From: Nemertoderma westbladi
Lineage: Eukaryota; Animalia; Xenacoelomorpha
Direction: 5' to 3'
Length of the DNA stretch: 48,860 bases
Assembly: GCA_032718475.1 (NCBI GenBank)
Contig: JAUCBJ010002628.1
Coordinates: forward strand, 1-48,860
How positions within the stretch are numbered: position 1 is the first letter of the stretch; each line of letters starts with the position of its first letter. Of the stretch, positions 1 through 13,000 are shown piece by piece. Below the pieces are notes generated by a model, which searched no databases, was not told the origin of the DNA, and saw nothing but the letters and a program-made list of their open reading frames with translations. The translations under genes and the position numbers were made by a program.

Positions 1-800
1 ATTACTACCGTATACATCGGGGGGGGGGACGGAAACATGATTACTACCGTATACATCAAACCAACATATTCTAACCGATATATAAATTATTCATCAAATC
101 ATGCTCCAAGAATTAAAAAGGGTATAATCACAGCTTTTGATCAGAATTAAAAAAAACGATAGTCCGACCGACAAGAGTCATATACAGTAAAATAAAAAAA
201 GTTAACTCAGCAGACCCTAAAAGAGAAAAAAGATGAATCGGCATTGGAACTTATAACTGCACAGGGGTCAAACTAAAGCACTATATATGCCGTCCACCCA
301 AACCCAAAACACAACCCAGGGGAGTAGTATACGCGATTCCTTGCACATGCGGGAAAATGTACATAGGTGAATCAGGTTATAACGCAGACGTCAGATTGAG
401 GGCACATGAGGGGGGACATTAGGAAAAAACGGGGAAAGGCCACTGAGTTAGCGGGACACCATGTAGAAACAGGACATACACCACAAGTAGAAAAGGTTAA
501 GGTCATAGGGAGAGAGGCTAATCCGTTCAGGAGAAAAATATTAGAAAGTTTATACATCAAAAAATTGGGGGAAAGGGCAATAAATTCTAGATTATCTTTA
601 CAAGTCCGGGGGGGGGGGGGGCTAGTTGTAAGTTACTAAATGAATTATACTAGGTCGGTGGAGGTCGTATTTGATTGGTTCAATTTACCGTGTAGTATTT
701 AGTATGGATAGTGTTTAGGGCTGATAGTCAGTTTCACTATTAATTATATTTACAGTCATTCATTCACTGAAGATGTCCACTATGTGGATCTAAATATATT
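1..800 (+). mobile_element. Penelope-like retroelement 3' part (RT thumb and GIY-YIG endonuclease), decayed
   Basis: ITTVYIKPTYSNRYINYSSNHAPRIKKGIITAF (40-138) and GVVYAIPCTCGKMYIGESG...VRLRAH / ELAGH...TGH...RKILESLYI...IN (322-600) with a frameshift at ~410; a 39-bp tandem duplication at 1-57. Confidence 0.85.
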
Positions 801-861
801 TGGTAGCGCTTATCTCACTTTTATAATAACATAACAATATTTATTTAGTTTATTTACTTAC

Positions 862-1056
862 GTGGGATAATTCTCGTAATTCTTTTAACGGCGTTTTAAT
901 TGGTGGGGCGGGAAACACACTGGCGGGATCTGCGCTTATCTCTCTGTAGGCATCACCCTCCCGTAGAGCGAATAGCAGACGGTATTCAAACACATCGAAC
1001 TGGGGTGCCGTATCCGGGTTCAATATCTCTGTCTCAACCGCAATAACTGTAAACAC
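862..1056 (-). CDS. Exon 19: F5/8C-like domain 3, middle
   Basis: tccgcAG|[41 protein letters not shown]...ELSH|GTAAGT; phases 0/0. Confidence 0.82.
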
Positions 1057-4000
1057 CTGCGGAAAACAGAGTTTTAGAAATTGAGTGTGTCTGTCGCTAT
1101 TGTATGTTAAATAATGTATGTTGATTATTCAGGATTCAACATGCTCCCGCTAGGGGAGTAATTTGCTACTGGAGCCGAAACTCTTACAGGTATGAACCAG
1201 AGCGCAACTTTCTATACAGTCCGGTTTATATTAAAGGCAAACAATTGAACTTATGATGATGACCTTATCCCTTCCGGTGGCACCAAAATTTTAACCCTTT
1301 TTACAAATCTGCAACGACTTTCATGACTAAGAGGTTTATTGAAACTTTACATGTTTACATGTAGAATTTGACTCTAATTTTGGCTCGACTGCAATTGAAG
1401 CAAGTATCTTCGGATCGGATTGTCCTTAAAATTCCGCAATTAAGTATTATAATTTGTAAACAACGTACGTAAATAGCTAATTTCATATATTATTGGAAAA
1501 TACCTCTAGTTCCAAATGTAGCAATATTCAATAAGGGGTGGGGGGCTAATTAATGCCGATATTTTGTACCACCCCCCCCCCCCCCCCCCCCCGCCACATC
1601 CAATGACAAGGAGTAAAGATAGTTTGAACTCCCTACTTCTTACTAAGTAAGAGCTAAAGTGCTCAAGATCGAAAGAGAAATTAACAATTCTGACTCACCC
1701 AGTAACTGAGTAAGAAGTAGTTAGGTCAACATTCTCTTTACAATTTCATACATCTCATTAAGATTTGTACACAAATTGGGGGGCAAGCCATTGAATTAAG
1801 ACACTATAGTCTGGGAGATAGTGCAAGTAGGCCTATTGTAGGTACAGGCGAAGTGGAACTAGAGGTATTTACCAATAATGTGAAATTAGCTATTTGCGTA
1901 CGTTGTATAAAAATTATATTACTTGACTATTGAATTGAATCATAACAAAAATATTCTAGAAAACTTTTATTATAAAATCCTTCAAACATAAAATAATAAC
2001 TATTTACATAATTGTGTGCAAAGTAGCATTTTGCAGCGTTATGACCCGAGTTTATCTATGTACCGAGCGAGCGCAGCGAGGGAGGTTTACATTAATAAAC
2101 AAGGGTCTTTAACACTGAATATTGACCTTTACAAGCAATGATCTATGTAATTTTGTTACATTATGTCAACTTATCATCGTTCGGTATGTGAAGAAAGGAT
2201 TTTATGGATGCTCATTTAAACATTTTAATCATGTAATAATAATAATAATAATAATATTGGTTATTTATATAGCGCTTTTCTACGCTCAGCATACTCAAAG
2301 CGCTTTTATTATCATTACCCCAGCAAAGCCAGGTTCCCATTATACCGCTGGGTTGGCTTAGGCACTAATGTCTAAAGTGTCTTGCCTAGGGACACAACAG
2401 AGCGAAATTTCTACAGCCTTTAGTCGGATTCGAACCTGCACCACCAAACACTAATTGTGTAAGCAGTTCAGGCGCCGTATCCACTCGGACACTGCGACAT
2501 GCACTATATCGAATATAATTAAAATTTATTAACAGGTACGCAGTATTAATTATACATTTATATGTAACTAAAGTTTTTTTGTTGTTGTCTCCTGCATGGA
2601 TGTGATAAATCGTTAATTCATCTTGACTATAGTCGACTGAAGCAAACTTTGTCAGTTCAGTTTTACTGAACACTGTCGCCATATTTTATTTGCTCATTTT
2701 CTCTAAAGTGTCTTCCATTGGATGCAAACTGGATAATAAAGCAGCAATCATTAACATTAATGGAAATAATACATTCTGGAATACGGTAATTGAAGTTGTT
2801 TCCATGTCATTGATTACTTTGCAGCGTTCCGTCCTATAGGCCGCAACGCTGCAAAGTAGTACTTTACAGCGTTACGAGTATTTCACCAGAACGCTGTTGA
2901 CATAATCTAACAAATTATTTTAAAAATGTGTGCCTACTAAATTTAGTAGGTAGAATGCACCTTTCATGGTCGTATATTTAGTAGGTCATGCTTGAACTAA
3001 AATTTTACAGGACTAATGCTACAGAAACATTATTTTTGTAATCAATTATTGACGGCCAAGTACTAGGGTTGAGCACAGTGGCAGCAGATGATGGTATTGA
3101 CAGACAGGAGGCCATGATGACGTAAATTACGGACATAGTAGTACAAGATATCAGATAGTATTTCCAGGTCTATCTTTTACCTGAGCTGCTAGCGGAATGG
3201 TTAGAGAGACAGACTGAAACGTTAAGGTCTGTGGCTGACACTGCCGTGTCACTACCCACAGCCTCGGTTCCAGTGGGGGTGCTGAGTCTCTCGTATCACT
3301 CACCTCCCAGGCCCAGCCTCGGTTCCCTGTGTGCTGAGACTGATGTGTCACTCACCTGCCAGCCTCGGTTCCCTGTGTGCTGAGACTGATGTGTCACTCA
3401 CCTGCCAGCCTCGGTTCCCTGTGTGCTGAGACTGATGTGTCACTCACCTGCCAGCCTCGGTTCCCTGTGTGCTGAGCTGCCGTGTCACTCACCTCCCCAG
3501 CCTCCCTGCCTCGGTTCCCGCCGTGTCACTCACCTCCCCAGCCTCCCTGCCTCGGTTCCCGTCGTGTCACTCACCTCCCTAGCCTCCCTGTCTCGGTTCC
3601 CGTCGTGTCACTCACCTCCCCAGCCTCCCTGTCTCGGTTCTCGACGTGTCACTCACCTCCCCAGCCTCCCTGCCTCGGTTCCCGTCGTGTCACTCACCTC
3701 CCCAGCCTCCCTGCCTCGGTTCCCGCCGTGTCACTCACCTCCCCAGCCTCCTTGCCTCGGTTCCCGCCGTGGCACTCACCTCCCCAGCCTCGGTTCCCGC
3801 CGTGTCACTCACCTCCCCAGCCTCCCTGCCTCGGTTCCCGCCGTGTCACTCACCTCCCCAGCCTCCTTGCCTCGGTTCCCGCCGTGGCACTCACCTCCCC
3901 AGCCTCGGTTCCCGTCGTGTCATTCACCTCCCCAGCCCCCCTGCCTCGGTTCCCGCCGTGTCACTCACCTCCCCAAGCCTCCCTGCCTTGGTTCCCGCCG

Positions 4001-7000
4001 TGTCACTCACCTCCCCAGCACCCCTGCCTCGGTTCCCGCCGTGTCACTCACCTCCCCAGCCCCCCTGCCTCGGTTCCCGCCGTGTCACTCACCTCCCCAA
4101 GCCTCCCTGCCTTGGTTCCCGCCGTGTCACTCACCTCCCCAGCACCCCTGCCTCGGTTCCCGCCGTGTCACTCACCTCCCCAGCCTCCCTGTCTCGGTTC
4201 TCGACGTGTCACTCACCTCCCCAGCCTCCCTGCCTCGGTTCCCGTCGTGTCACTCACCTCCCCAGCCTCCCTGCCTCGGTTCCCGCCGTGTCACTCACCT
4301 CCCCAGCCTCCTTGCCTCGGTTCCCGCCGTGGCACTCACCTCCCCAGCCTCGGTTCCCGCCGTGTCACTCACCTCCCCAGCCTCCCTGCCTCGGTTCCCG
4401 CCGTGTCACTCACCTCCCCAGCCTCCTTGCCTCGGTTCCCGCCGTGGCACTCACCTCCCCAGCCTCGGTTCCCGTCGTGTCATTCACCTCCCCAGCCCCC
4501 CTGCCTCGGTTCCCGCCGTGTCACTCACCTCCCCAAGCCTCCCTGCCTTGGTTCCCGCCGTGTCACTCACCTCCCCAGCACCCCTGCCTCGGTTCCCGCC
4601 GTGTCACTCACCTCCCCAGCCCTCCCTGCCTCGGTTCCCGCCGTGTCACTCACCTCCCCAACCTCCCTGCCTCGGTTCCCTGTGTGTTGAGCTGCCGTGT
4701 CACTCACCTCCCCAGCCTCCCTGCCTCGGTTCCCGCCGTGTCACTCACCTCCCCAGCCTCCCTGCCTCGGTTCCCGCCGTGTCACTCACCTCCCCAGCCT
4801 CCCTGCCTCGGTTCCCGCCGTGTCACTCACCTCCCCAGCCCCCCTGCCTCGGTTCCCGCCGTGTCACTCACCTCCCCAGCCTCCCTGCCTCGGTTAACGC
4901 CGTGTCACTCACCTCCCCAGCCTCCCTGCCTCGGTTAACGCCGTGTCACTCACCTCCCCAGCATCCCTGCCTCGGTTCCCGACGTGTCACTCACCTCCCC
5001 AGCCTCCCTGCATCGGTTCCCGTCGTGTCACTCACCTCCCCAGCCTCCCTGCCTCGGTTCCCCAACTGAAACGTTATCGTCTTTGTGCTGAGACTGTCTC
5101 CCAGAGTCCACCCATCTTCGTCTCCGTAATCCGCGTTCTCGATATCTCCAACCCCCAGGTAATGTCGGATCGGAATCTCGAATGGTGTTTCGCAGGTCTC
5201 CTCGTTCGGGTCTGGGGGCGGCGTGGTGCGCGGTGGTGGAGTTGTGGTTGAAGGTAATACTGCAGAGAGAAAAATTTAACCCAATTACATTATAATGGAG
5301 ATAAATAAATATTAATTTTGGAAAGGGAAATAAACTAATTTACGTTGAAAGGGAGATAAATAAATTTGTGATTAACAGGAAATAAAGCAAGAGCAAAAAA
5401 CAAACGATACCCCGGCGGAAAAATAAAACCAACAGTGGGAAGAATAAGTAGTTATCATACCATAAACATGGCGCGGTATTTCAAGTCAACAAATAAAATG
5501 TATAATTTGCCGAGAGAGCCATCTAGTGATGACAATTACACTACAACTACATGACTTAAATATATTTGGAAAATAATGAAATTATAGCAAATTTTTACAG
5601 GGTAATAATAATAAATCACACACATACACACCTTCCTCTTCGCAGGCGACAAAACTGATATGAATTCTGGCATCTTCACTAATTTCTACTACGGATATTA
5701 TTACTTGAGAGACGAATAAAGTTGTTCCGGGGTCGAATAGATTCTCCACTTCGGTACTGGGCCCGCTGGGTCGACTGTTAGACCCGTCGTATATCTAATA
5801 AACAGAAAGAGATCGGGGTTTATTTTGTTTCTACGTTACCTTGGGAACGAGCTCGGGGTTTATTTTGTTTATACGTTACCTTGGGAACGAGGTCGGGGTT
5901 TATTTTGTTTCTACGTTACCTTGGGAACGAGCTCGGGGTTTATTTTGTTTATACGTTACCTTGGGAACGAGCTCGGGGTTTATTTTGTTTATACGTTACC
6001 TTGGGAACGAGCTCGGGGTTTATTTGTTTCTACGTTACCTTGGGAACGAGCTCGGGGTTTATTTTGTTTATACGTTACCTTGGGAACGAGCTCGGGGTTT
6101 ATTTTGTTTATACGTTACCTTGGGAACGAGCTCGGGGTTTATTTGTTTCTACGTTACCTTGGGAACGAGCTCGGGGTTTATTTTGTTTATACGTTACCTT
6201 GGGAACGAGGTCGGGGTTTATTTTGTTTCTACGTTACCTTGGGAACGAGCTCGGGGTTTATTTTGTTTATACGTTACCTTGGGAACGAGCTCGGGGTTTA
6301 TTTTGTTTATACGTTACCTTGGGAACGAGCTCGGGGTTTATTTTGTTTATACGTTACCTTGGGAACGAGCTCGGGGTTTATTTTGTTTCTACGTTACCTT
6401 GGGAACGAGCTCGGGGTTTATTTTGTTTATACGTTACCTTGGGAACGAGCTCGGGGTTTAATTTGTTTCTACGTTACCTTGGGAACGAGGTCGGGGTTTA
6501 GCAGGAACTCCGATTCGTCCCTTACTACGCCATTCTCATCGATCTGAACATCTCGGTTATCTTCATTACGGAACGACGCCTGGTAAAGGAACTTCCCGTC
6601 CACCAGGTCCACTTCTACAGGAACACATTATGATATTATAAGAAAAATAAACTAAAGATTAATTCATATAAACCAATGATATCACCAGATTTTTATTGCA
6701 TTTCGAAGAATAATAAATTAAGCGCCTTTCGAACGAATTTATTTTATCTCAAATAGAAGTTCTAGAACCTTTTTAATTATTTCGTTAAAAAGGCGCTTTC
6801 TTGATTGAAATTCATCAATATTATAATTTCAATCACAGTTTTATTTAATTTTCTGCATTTTATTTGGAAGCAGGACAATTCGGTCCGGTCAATTGTTACT
6901 CGGTCCCATTAATTTAGTGTTTTGGGACCGAATTGTCCTAAATATTTTTTATATAAATCACTGGTTTAACTATGATACTTTTACTTTTATTAAAAAACCA

Positions 7001-10000
7001 CAATAAAAAAATCAAAAATAATATCATCCAATGCAGAATTTAATTTAATGGCTTTCAGATGTCGTGAATAACAATAAAGAAATTATAGAATAAATAAATT
7101 CTTTAAAAAATTTGAGATAACCTTTTTATTGTCACGTGACGATTTTACAATAAATCCATGCCATCTAATTAGTACTCAGCAGTATAGTTTATAGCGAATA
7201 AGGGCCGGTGAAAATACAAATTTATGGAATAAATAACGCATTTAGAAGGAAAAAAAACATTTATTTTCTGTATTAAATAGGTAATTAATATGAACTTACC
7301 TTGGAGCAGTGTAATAATTGAGTGTACGTTGTATAACTTGTCAAACTTTATCGTGTAAAACTTGTGCTCCAGTGGTGGGTTTACGACGACACCCAAGTCG
7401 CCGATAGCCAACTCAGTTTCCTCGCCTTCTTTATCGGAACTCGTCGCGTAAATGGGAACCGCGTAATACGGATCACCGACCTCGCATACGATACAACTAT
7501 TACACGCTGCGATCGAGAAATACAGTATCTTTATCGTATCATTGAGTTTTATTTAGACTTAATACAGTAAGATACCTACTGTTTGTTAGCTATTTTTGGT
7601 ATAACAATTTTGTAGTTTTGTAAAAGACATTGTGTATTAACACATTTGCTGAATGACACATAATAACACATATGCCACACTTTAAGCATAAATCAATTGT
7701 CATTATTAATTGAAAATGAAATAGTTCTTCAATAATGGGCTTATACAAGCAATCAGTGAAACTAATCAAAAAAATAAGTAGACATCATACAAGTAACAAG
7801 TCAAATTAACAAGTAACATTTATAAAGTAACAAGTCAAATTTATACAAGTAACAAGTTAAATTTATACAAGTAACAAGTTAAATTTATAAAGTAACAAGT
7901 CAAATTTATACAAGTAACAAGTTAAATTTATACAAGTAACAAGTTAAATTTATAAAGTAACAAGTCAAATTTATACAAGTAACAAGTTAAATTTATACAA
8001 GTAACAAGTCAAATTTATACAAGTAACAAGTCAAATTTATACAAGTAACAAGTCAAATTTATACAAGTAACAAGTTAAATTTATACAAGTAACAAGTTAA
8101 ATTTATACAAGTAACAAGTCAAATTTATACAAGTAACAAGACGAACTTATTACAGAAGAAAACAACACAACTTACTGGATCCACAAGTAGTTATTTCGAC
8201 TACAAGAGTTGTTCCCGGTTCAACTTCTGTAATTAATATACCAACGTATCTCGCGACTACCTTAACAGGGAAGGCCCGATCAACGTAGGAATTTCTCGAG
8301 TTGTCATATTCCTATTAAATATAAAATCCAACAGGTACATTGGGAAACGGGACGGCAATAAAACAAGAGATGGATTTACGTGTACCCATCATAATGTGCA
8401 ACTAATACGAGTCAAAATCGTATATCTAAATCAATTTTATTCTCACCAGAAGTCGAAAATTTAAAAATATATTAAAATTCAATTGCAAAATGTCTTACAT
8501 ACCATACCGCCTCTCATACACCGAACTCTCACCTGATTCTACCTGATTCTGCAATCATTATCTTTATTTCCCGTAAAAACATAACTGCCGCGGGCATGGA
8601 TCGAACCCGGGACCTCCAAACTAACATTCGTACTACAACAGTTACGGTATTCTTCTTACCTTCCTATTGTGGTTGCTTTTCACGAAGGGAATTAATTCGG
8701 CTGGATGATTGTCAGATAACTCGAGCCACGAATCATCTTCTTCTGCTATCTTGTAAATAACACGGAACCGCAGCTTCCTGACCCATCCCGATGCCACAAC
8801 TACTAGTGTACGAACACCGACAACCTGCGAGATAATAACACAACTACTAGTGTACGAACACCGACAACCTGCGAGATAATAACACAACTACTAGTGTACG
8901 AACAACGACAACCTGGGAGCTAATAACACAACTACTAGTGAACGAACACCGACAACCTGCGAGCTAATAACACAACTACTAGTGTACGAACACCGACAAC
9001 CTGCGAGATAATAACACAATTACTAGTGTACGAACACCGACAACCTGCGAGATAATAACACAACTACTAGTGTACGAACACCGACAACCTGCGAGATAAT
9101 AACACAACTACTAGTGTACGAACAACGACAACCTGGGAGCTAATAACACAACTACTAGTGTACGAACAACGACAACCTGCGAGCTAATAACACAACTACT
9201 AGTGAACGAACACCGACAACCTGCGAGCTAATAACACAACTACTAGTGTACGAACACCGACAACCTGCGAGATAATAACACAATTACTAGTGTACGAACA
9301 CCGACAACCTGCGAGATAATAACACAATTACTAGTGTACGAACACCGACAACCTGCGAGATAATAACACAACTACTAGTGTACGAACACCGACAACCTGC
9401 GAGATAATAACACAACTACTAGTGTACGAACACCGACAACCTGCGAGATAATAACACAACTACTAGTGTACGAACAACGACAACCTGGGAGCTAATAACA
9501 CAACTACTAGTGAACGAACACCGACAACCTGCGAGCTAATAACACAACTACTAGTGTACGAACACCGACAACCTGCGAGATAATAACACAATTACTAGTG
9601 TACGAACACCGACAACCTGCGAGATAATAACACAACTACTAGTGTACGAACACCGACAACCTGCGAGATAATAACACAACTACTAGTGTACGAACACCGA
9701 CAACCTGGGAGCTAATAACACAACTATTAGTGTACGAACACCGACAACCTGCGAGATAATAACACAACTACTAGTGAACGAACACCGACAACCTGCGAGC
9801 TAATAACACAACTACTAGTGAACGAACACCGACAACCTGCGAGATAATAACACAACTACTAGTGTACGAACACCGACAACCTGCGAGCTAATAACACAAC
9901 TACTAGTGTACGAACACCGGCAACCTGCGAGATAATAACACAACTACTAGTGAACGAACACCGACAACCTGGGAGCTAATAACACAACTACTAGTGTACG

Positions 10001-13000
10001 AACACCGACAACCTGCGAGATAATAACACAAGTACTAGTGTACGAACACCGACAACCTGCGAGATAATAACACAACTACTAGTGTACGAACACCGACAAC
10101 CTGCGAGCTAATAACACAACTACTAGTGTACTAACACCGACAACCTGCGAGATAATAACACAACTACTAGTGTACGAACACCGACAACCTGCGAGCTAAT
10201 AACACAAATACTAGTGTACGAACACCGACAACCTGGGAGATAATAACACAACTACTAGTGTACGAAGACCGACAACCTGCGAGCTAATAACACAACTACT
10301 AGTGTACGAACACCGACAACCTGCGAGATAATAACACAACTACTAGTGTACGAACACCGACAACCTGCGAGATAATAACACAACTACTAGTGTACGAACA
10401 CCGACAACCTGCGAGATAATAACACAACTACTAGTGTACGAACACCGACAACCTGCGAGCTAATAACACAACTACTAGTGTACGAACACCGTCAACCTGC
10501 GAGATAATAACACAACTACTAGTGTACGAACACCGACAACCTGGGAGATAATAACACAACTACTAGTGTACGAACACCGACAACCTGGGAGCTAATAACA
10601 CAACTATTAGTGTACGAACACCGACAACCTGGGAGCTAATAACACAACTACTAGTGTACGAACACCGACAACCTGGGAGATAATAACACAACTACTAGTG
10701 TACGAACACCGACAACCTGCGAGATAATAACACAAATACTAGTGTACGAACACCGACAACCTGGGAGATAATAACACAACTACTAGTGTACGAAGACCGA
10801 CAACCTGGGAGCTAATAACACAACTACTAGTGTACGAACACCGACAACCTGCGAGATAATAACACAACTACTAGTGTACGAACACCGACAACCTGCGAGA
10901 TAATAACACAACTACTAGTGTACGAACACCGACAACCTGCGAGATAATAACACAAGTACTAGTGTACGAACACCGACAACCTGCGAGATAATAACACAAC
11001 TACTAGTGTACGAACACCGACAACCTGCGAGATAATAACACAAATACTAGTGTACGAACACCGACAACCTGGGAGATAATAACACAACTACTAGTGTACG
11101 AAGACCGACAACCTGCGAGCTAATAACACAACTACTAGTGTACGAACACCGACAACCTGCGAGATAATAACACAACTACTAGTGTACGAACACCGACAAC
11201 CTGCGAGATAATAACACAATAACACAACTACTAGTGTACGAACACCGACAACCTGCGAGATAATAACACAAGTACTAGTGTACGAACACCGACAACCTGC
11301 GAGATAATAACACAACTACTAGTGTACGAACACCGACAACCTGCGAGCTAATAACACAACTACTAGTGTACTAACACCGACAACCTGCGAGATAATAACA
11401 CAACTACTAGTGTACGAACACCGACAACCTGCGAGATAATAACACAACTACTAGTGTACGAACACCGACAACCTGCGAGATAATAACACAACTACTAATG
11501 TACGAACACCGACTACCTGGGGGCTAATAACACAACTACTAGTGTACGAACACCGACAACCTGCGAGATAATAACACAACTACTAGTGTACGAACACCGA
11601 CTACCTGGGAGCTAATAACACAACTACTAGTGTACGAACACCGACAACCTGCGAGATAATAACACAACTACTAGTGTACGAACACCGACAACCTGCGAGA
11701 TAATAACACAACTACTAGTGTACGAACACCGACAACCTGCGAGATAATAACACAACTACTAGTGTACGAACACCGACAACCTGCGAGATAATAACACAAC
11801 TACTAGTGTACGAACACCGACTACCTGGGAGCTAATAACACAACTACTAGTGTACGAACACCGACAACCTGGGAGCTAATAACACAACTACTAGTGTACG
11901 AACACCGACAACCTGAGAGCTAATAACACGTTATATCTGAGTTCTATAATCGTGATCAGCATCTAAAAAAACCGCTATATGCCGCAAATAAATTAATAAC
12001 TACTAGTGTACGAACACCTACAACCTAATAACACAACTACTAGTGTACGAACACCGACAACCTGCTAGATAATAACACAACTACTAGTGTACGAACACCG
12101 ACAACCGGCGAGATAATAACACAACTACTAGTGTACGAACACCGACTACCTGGGAGCTAATAACACAACTAGTAGTGTACGAACACCGACAACCTGGGAG
12201 CTAATAACACAACTACTAGTGTACGAACACCGACAACCTGATAGATAATAACACAACTACTAGTGTACGAACACCGACAACCTGCGAGATAATAACACAA
12301 ATACTAGTGTACGAACACCGACAACCTGCGAGATAATAACATAACAACTAGTGTACGAACCCCGACAACCGGCGAGATAATAACACAACTACTAGTGTAC
12401 GAACACCGACTACCTGGGAGCTAATAACACAACTACTAGTGTACGAACACCGACAACCGGCGAGATAATAACACAACTACTAGTGTACGAACACCGACTA
12501 CCTGGGAGCTAATAACACAACTACTAGTGTACGAACACCGACAACCTGGGAGCTAATAACACAACTACTAGTGTACGAACACCGACAACCTGCTAGATAA
12601 TAACACAACTACTAGTGTACGAACACCGACAACCTGGGAGATAATAACACAACTACTAGTGTACGAACACCGACAACCTGCGAGATAATAACACAACTAC
12701 AGTACTAGTGTACGAACACCGACAACCTGGGAGCTAATAACACAACTACTAGTGTACGAACACCGACAACCTGCGAGATAATAACACAACTACTAGTGTA
12801 CGAACACCGACAACCTGGGAGCTAATAACACAACTACTAGTGTACGAACACCGACAACCTGGGAGCTAATAACACAACTACTAGTGTACGAACACCGACA
12901 ACCTGCTAGATAATAACACAACTACTAGTGTACGAACACCGACAACCTGGGAGATAATAACACAACTACTAGTGTACGAACACCGACAACCTGCGAGATA

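Noticed and set aside
2415-2499. tRNA gene
   Set aside because: Has A/B boxes but no convincing cloverleaf and continues into a SINE core and tail
2020-2900. Element around the SINE suggested by gagcgagcgcagcgag and repeated ttgcagcgtt motifs
   Set aside because: Probably an old non-autonomous element, but ends and family could not be defined from sequence alone
3423-6547. Long ORFs in all three + frames over the 41-bp and 40-bp arrays
   Set aside because: Artefacts of stop-free repeat units; the same peptides cycle through the frames
7787-8140. Fifth splice-signal array
   Set aside because: Starts ~35 nt after the donor and contains no donor, acceptor or strong branch consensus; counted as a counter-example
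8585-8625. B-box-like GGTTCGATCC on the minus strand
   Set aside because: Too short and degenerate to call as tRNA or SINE
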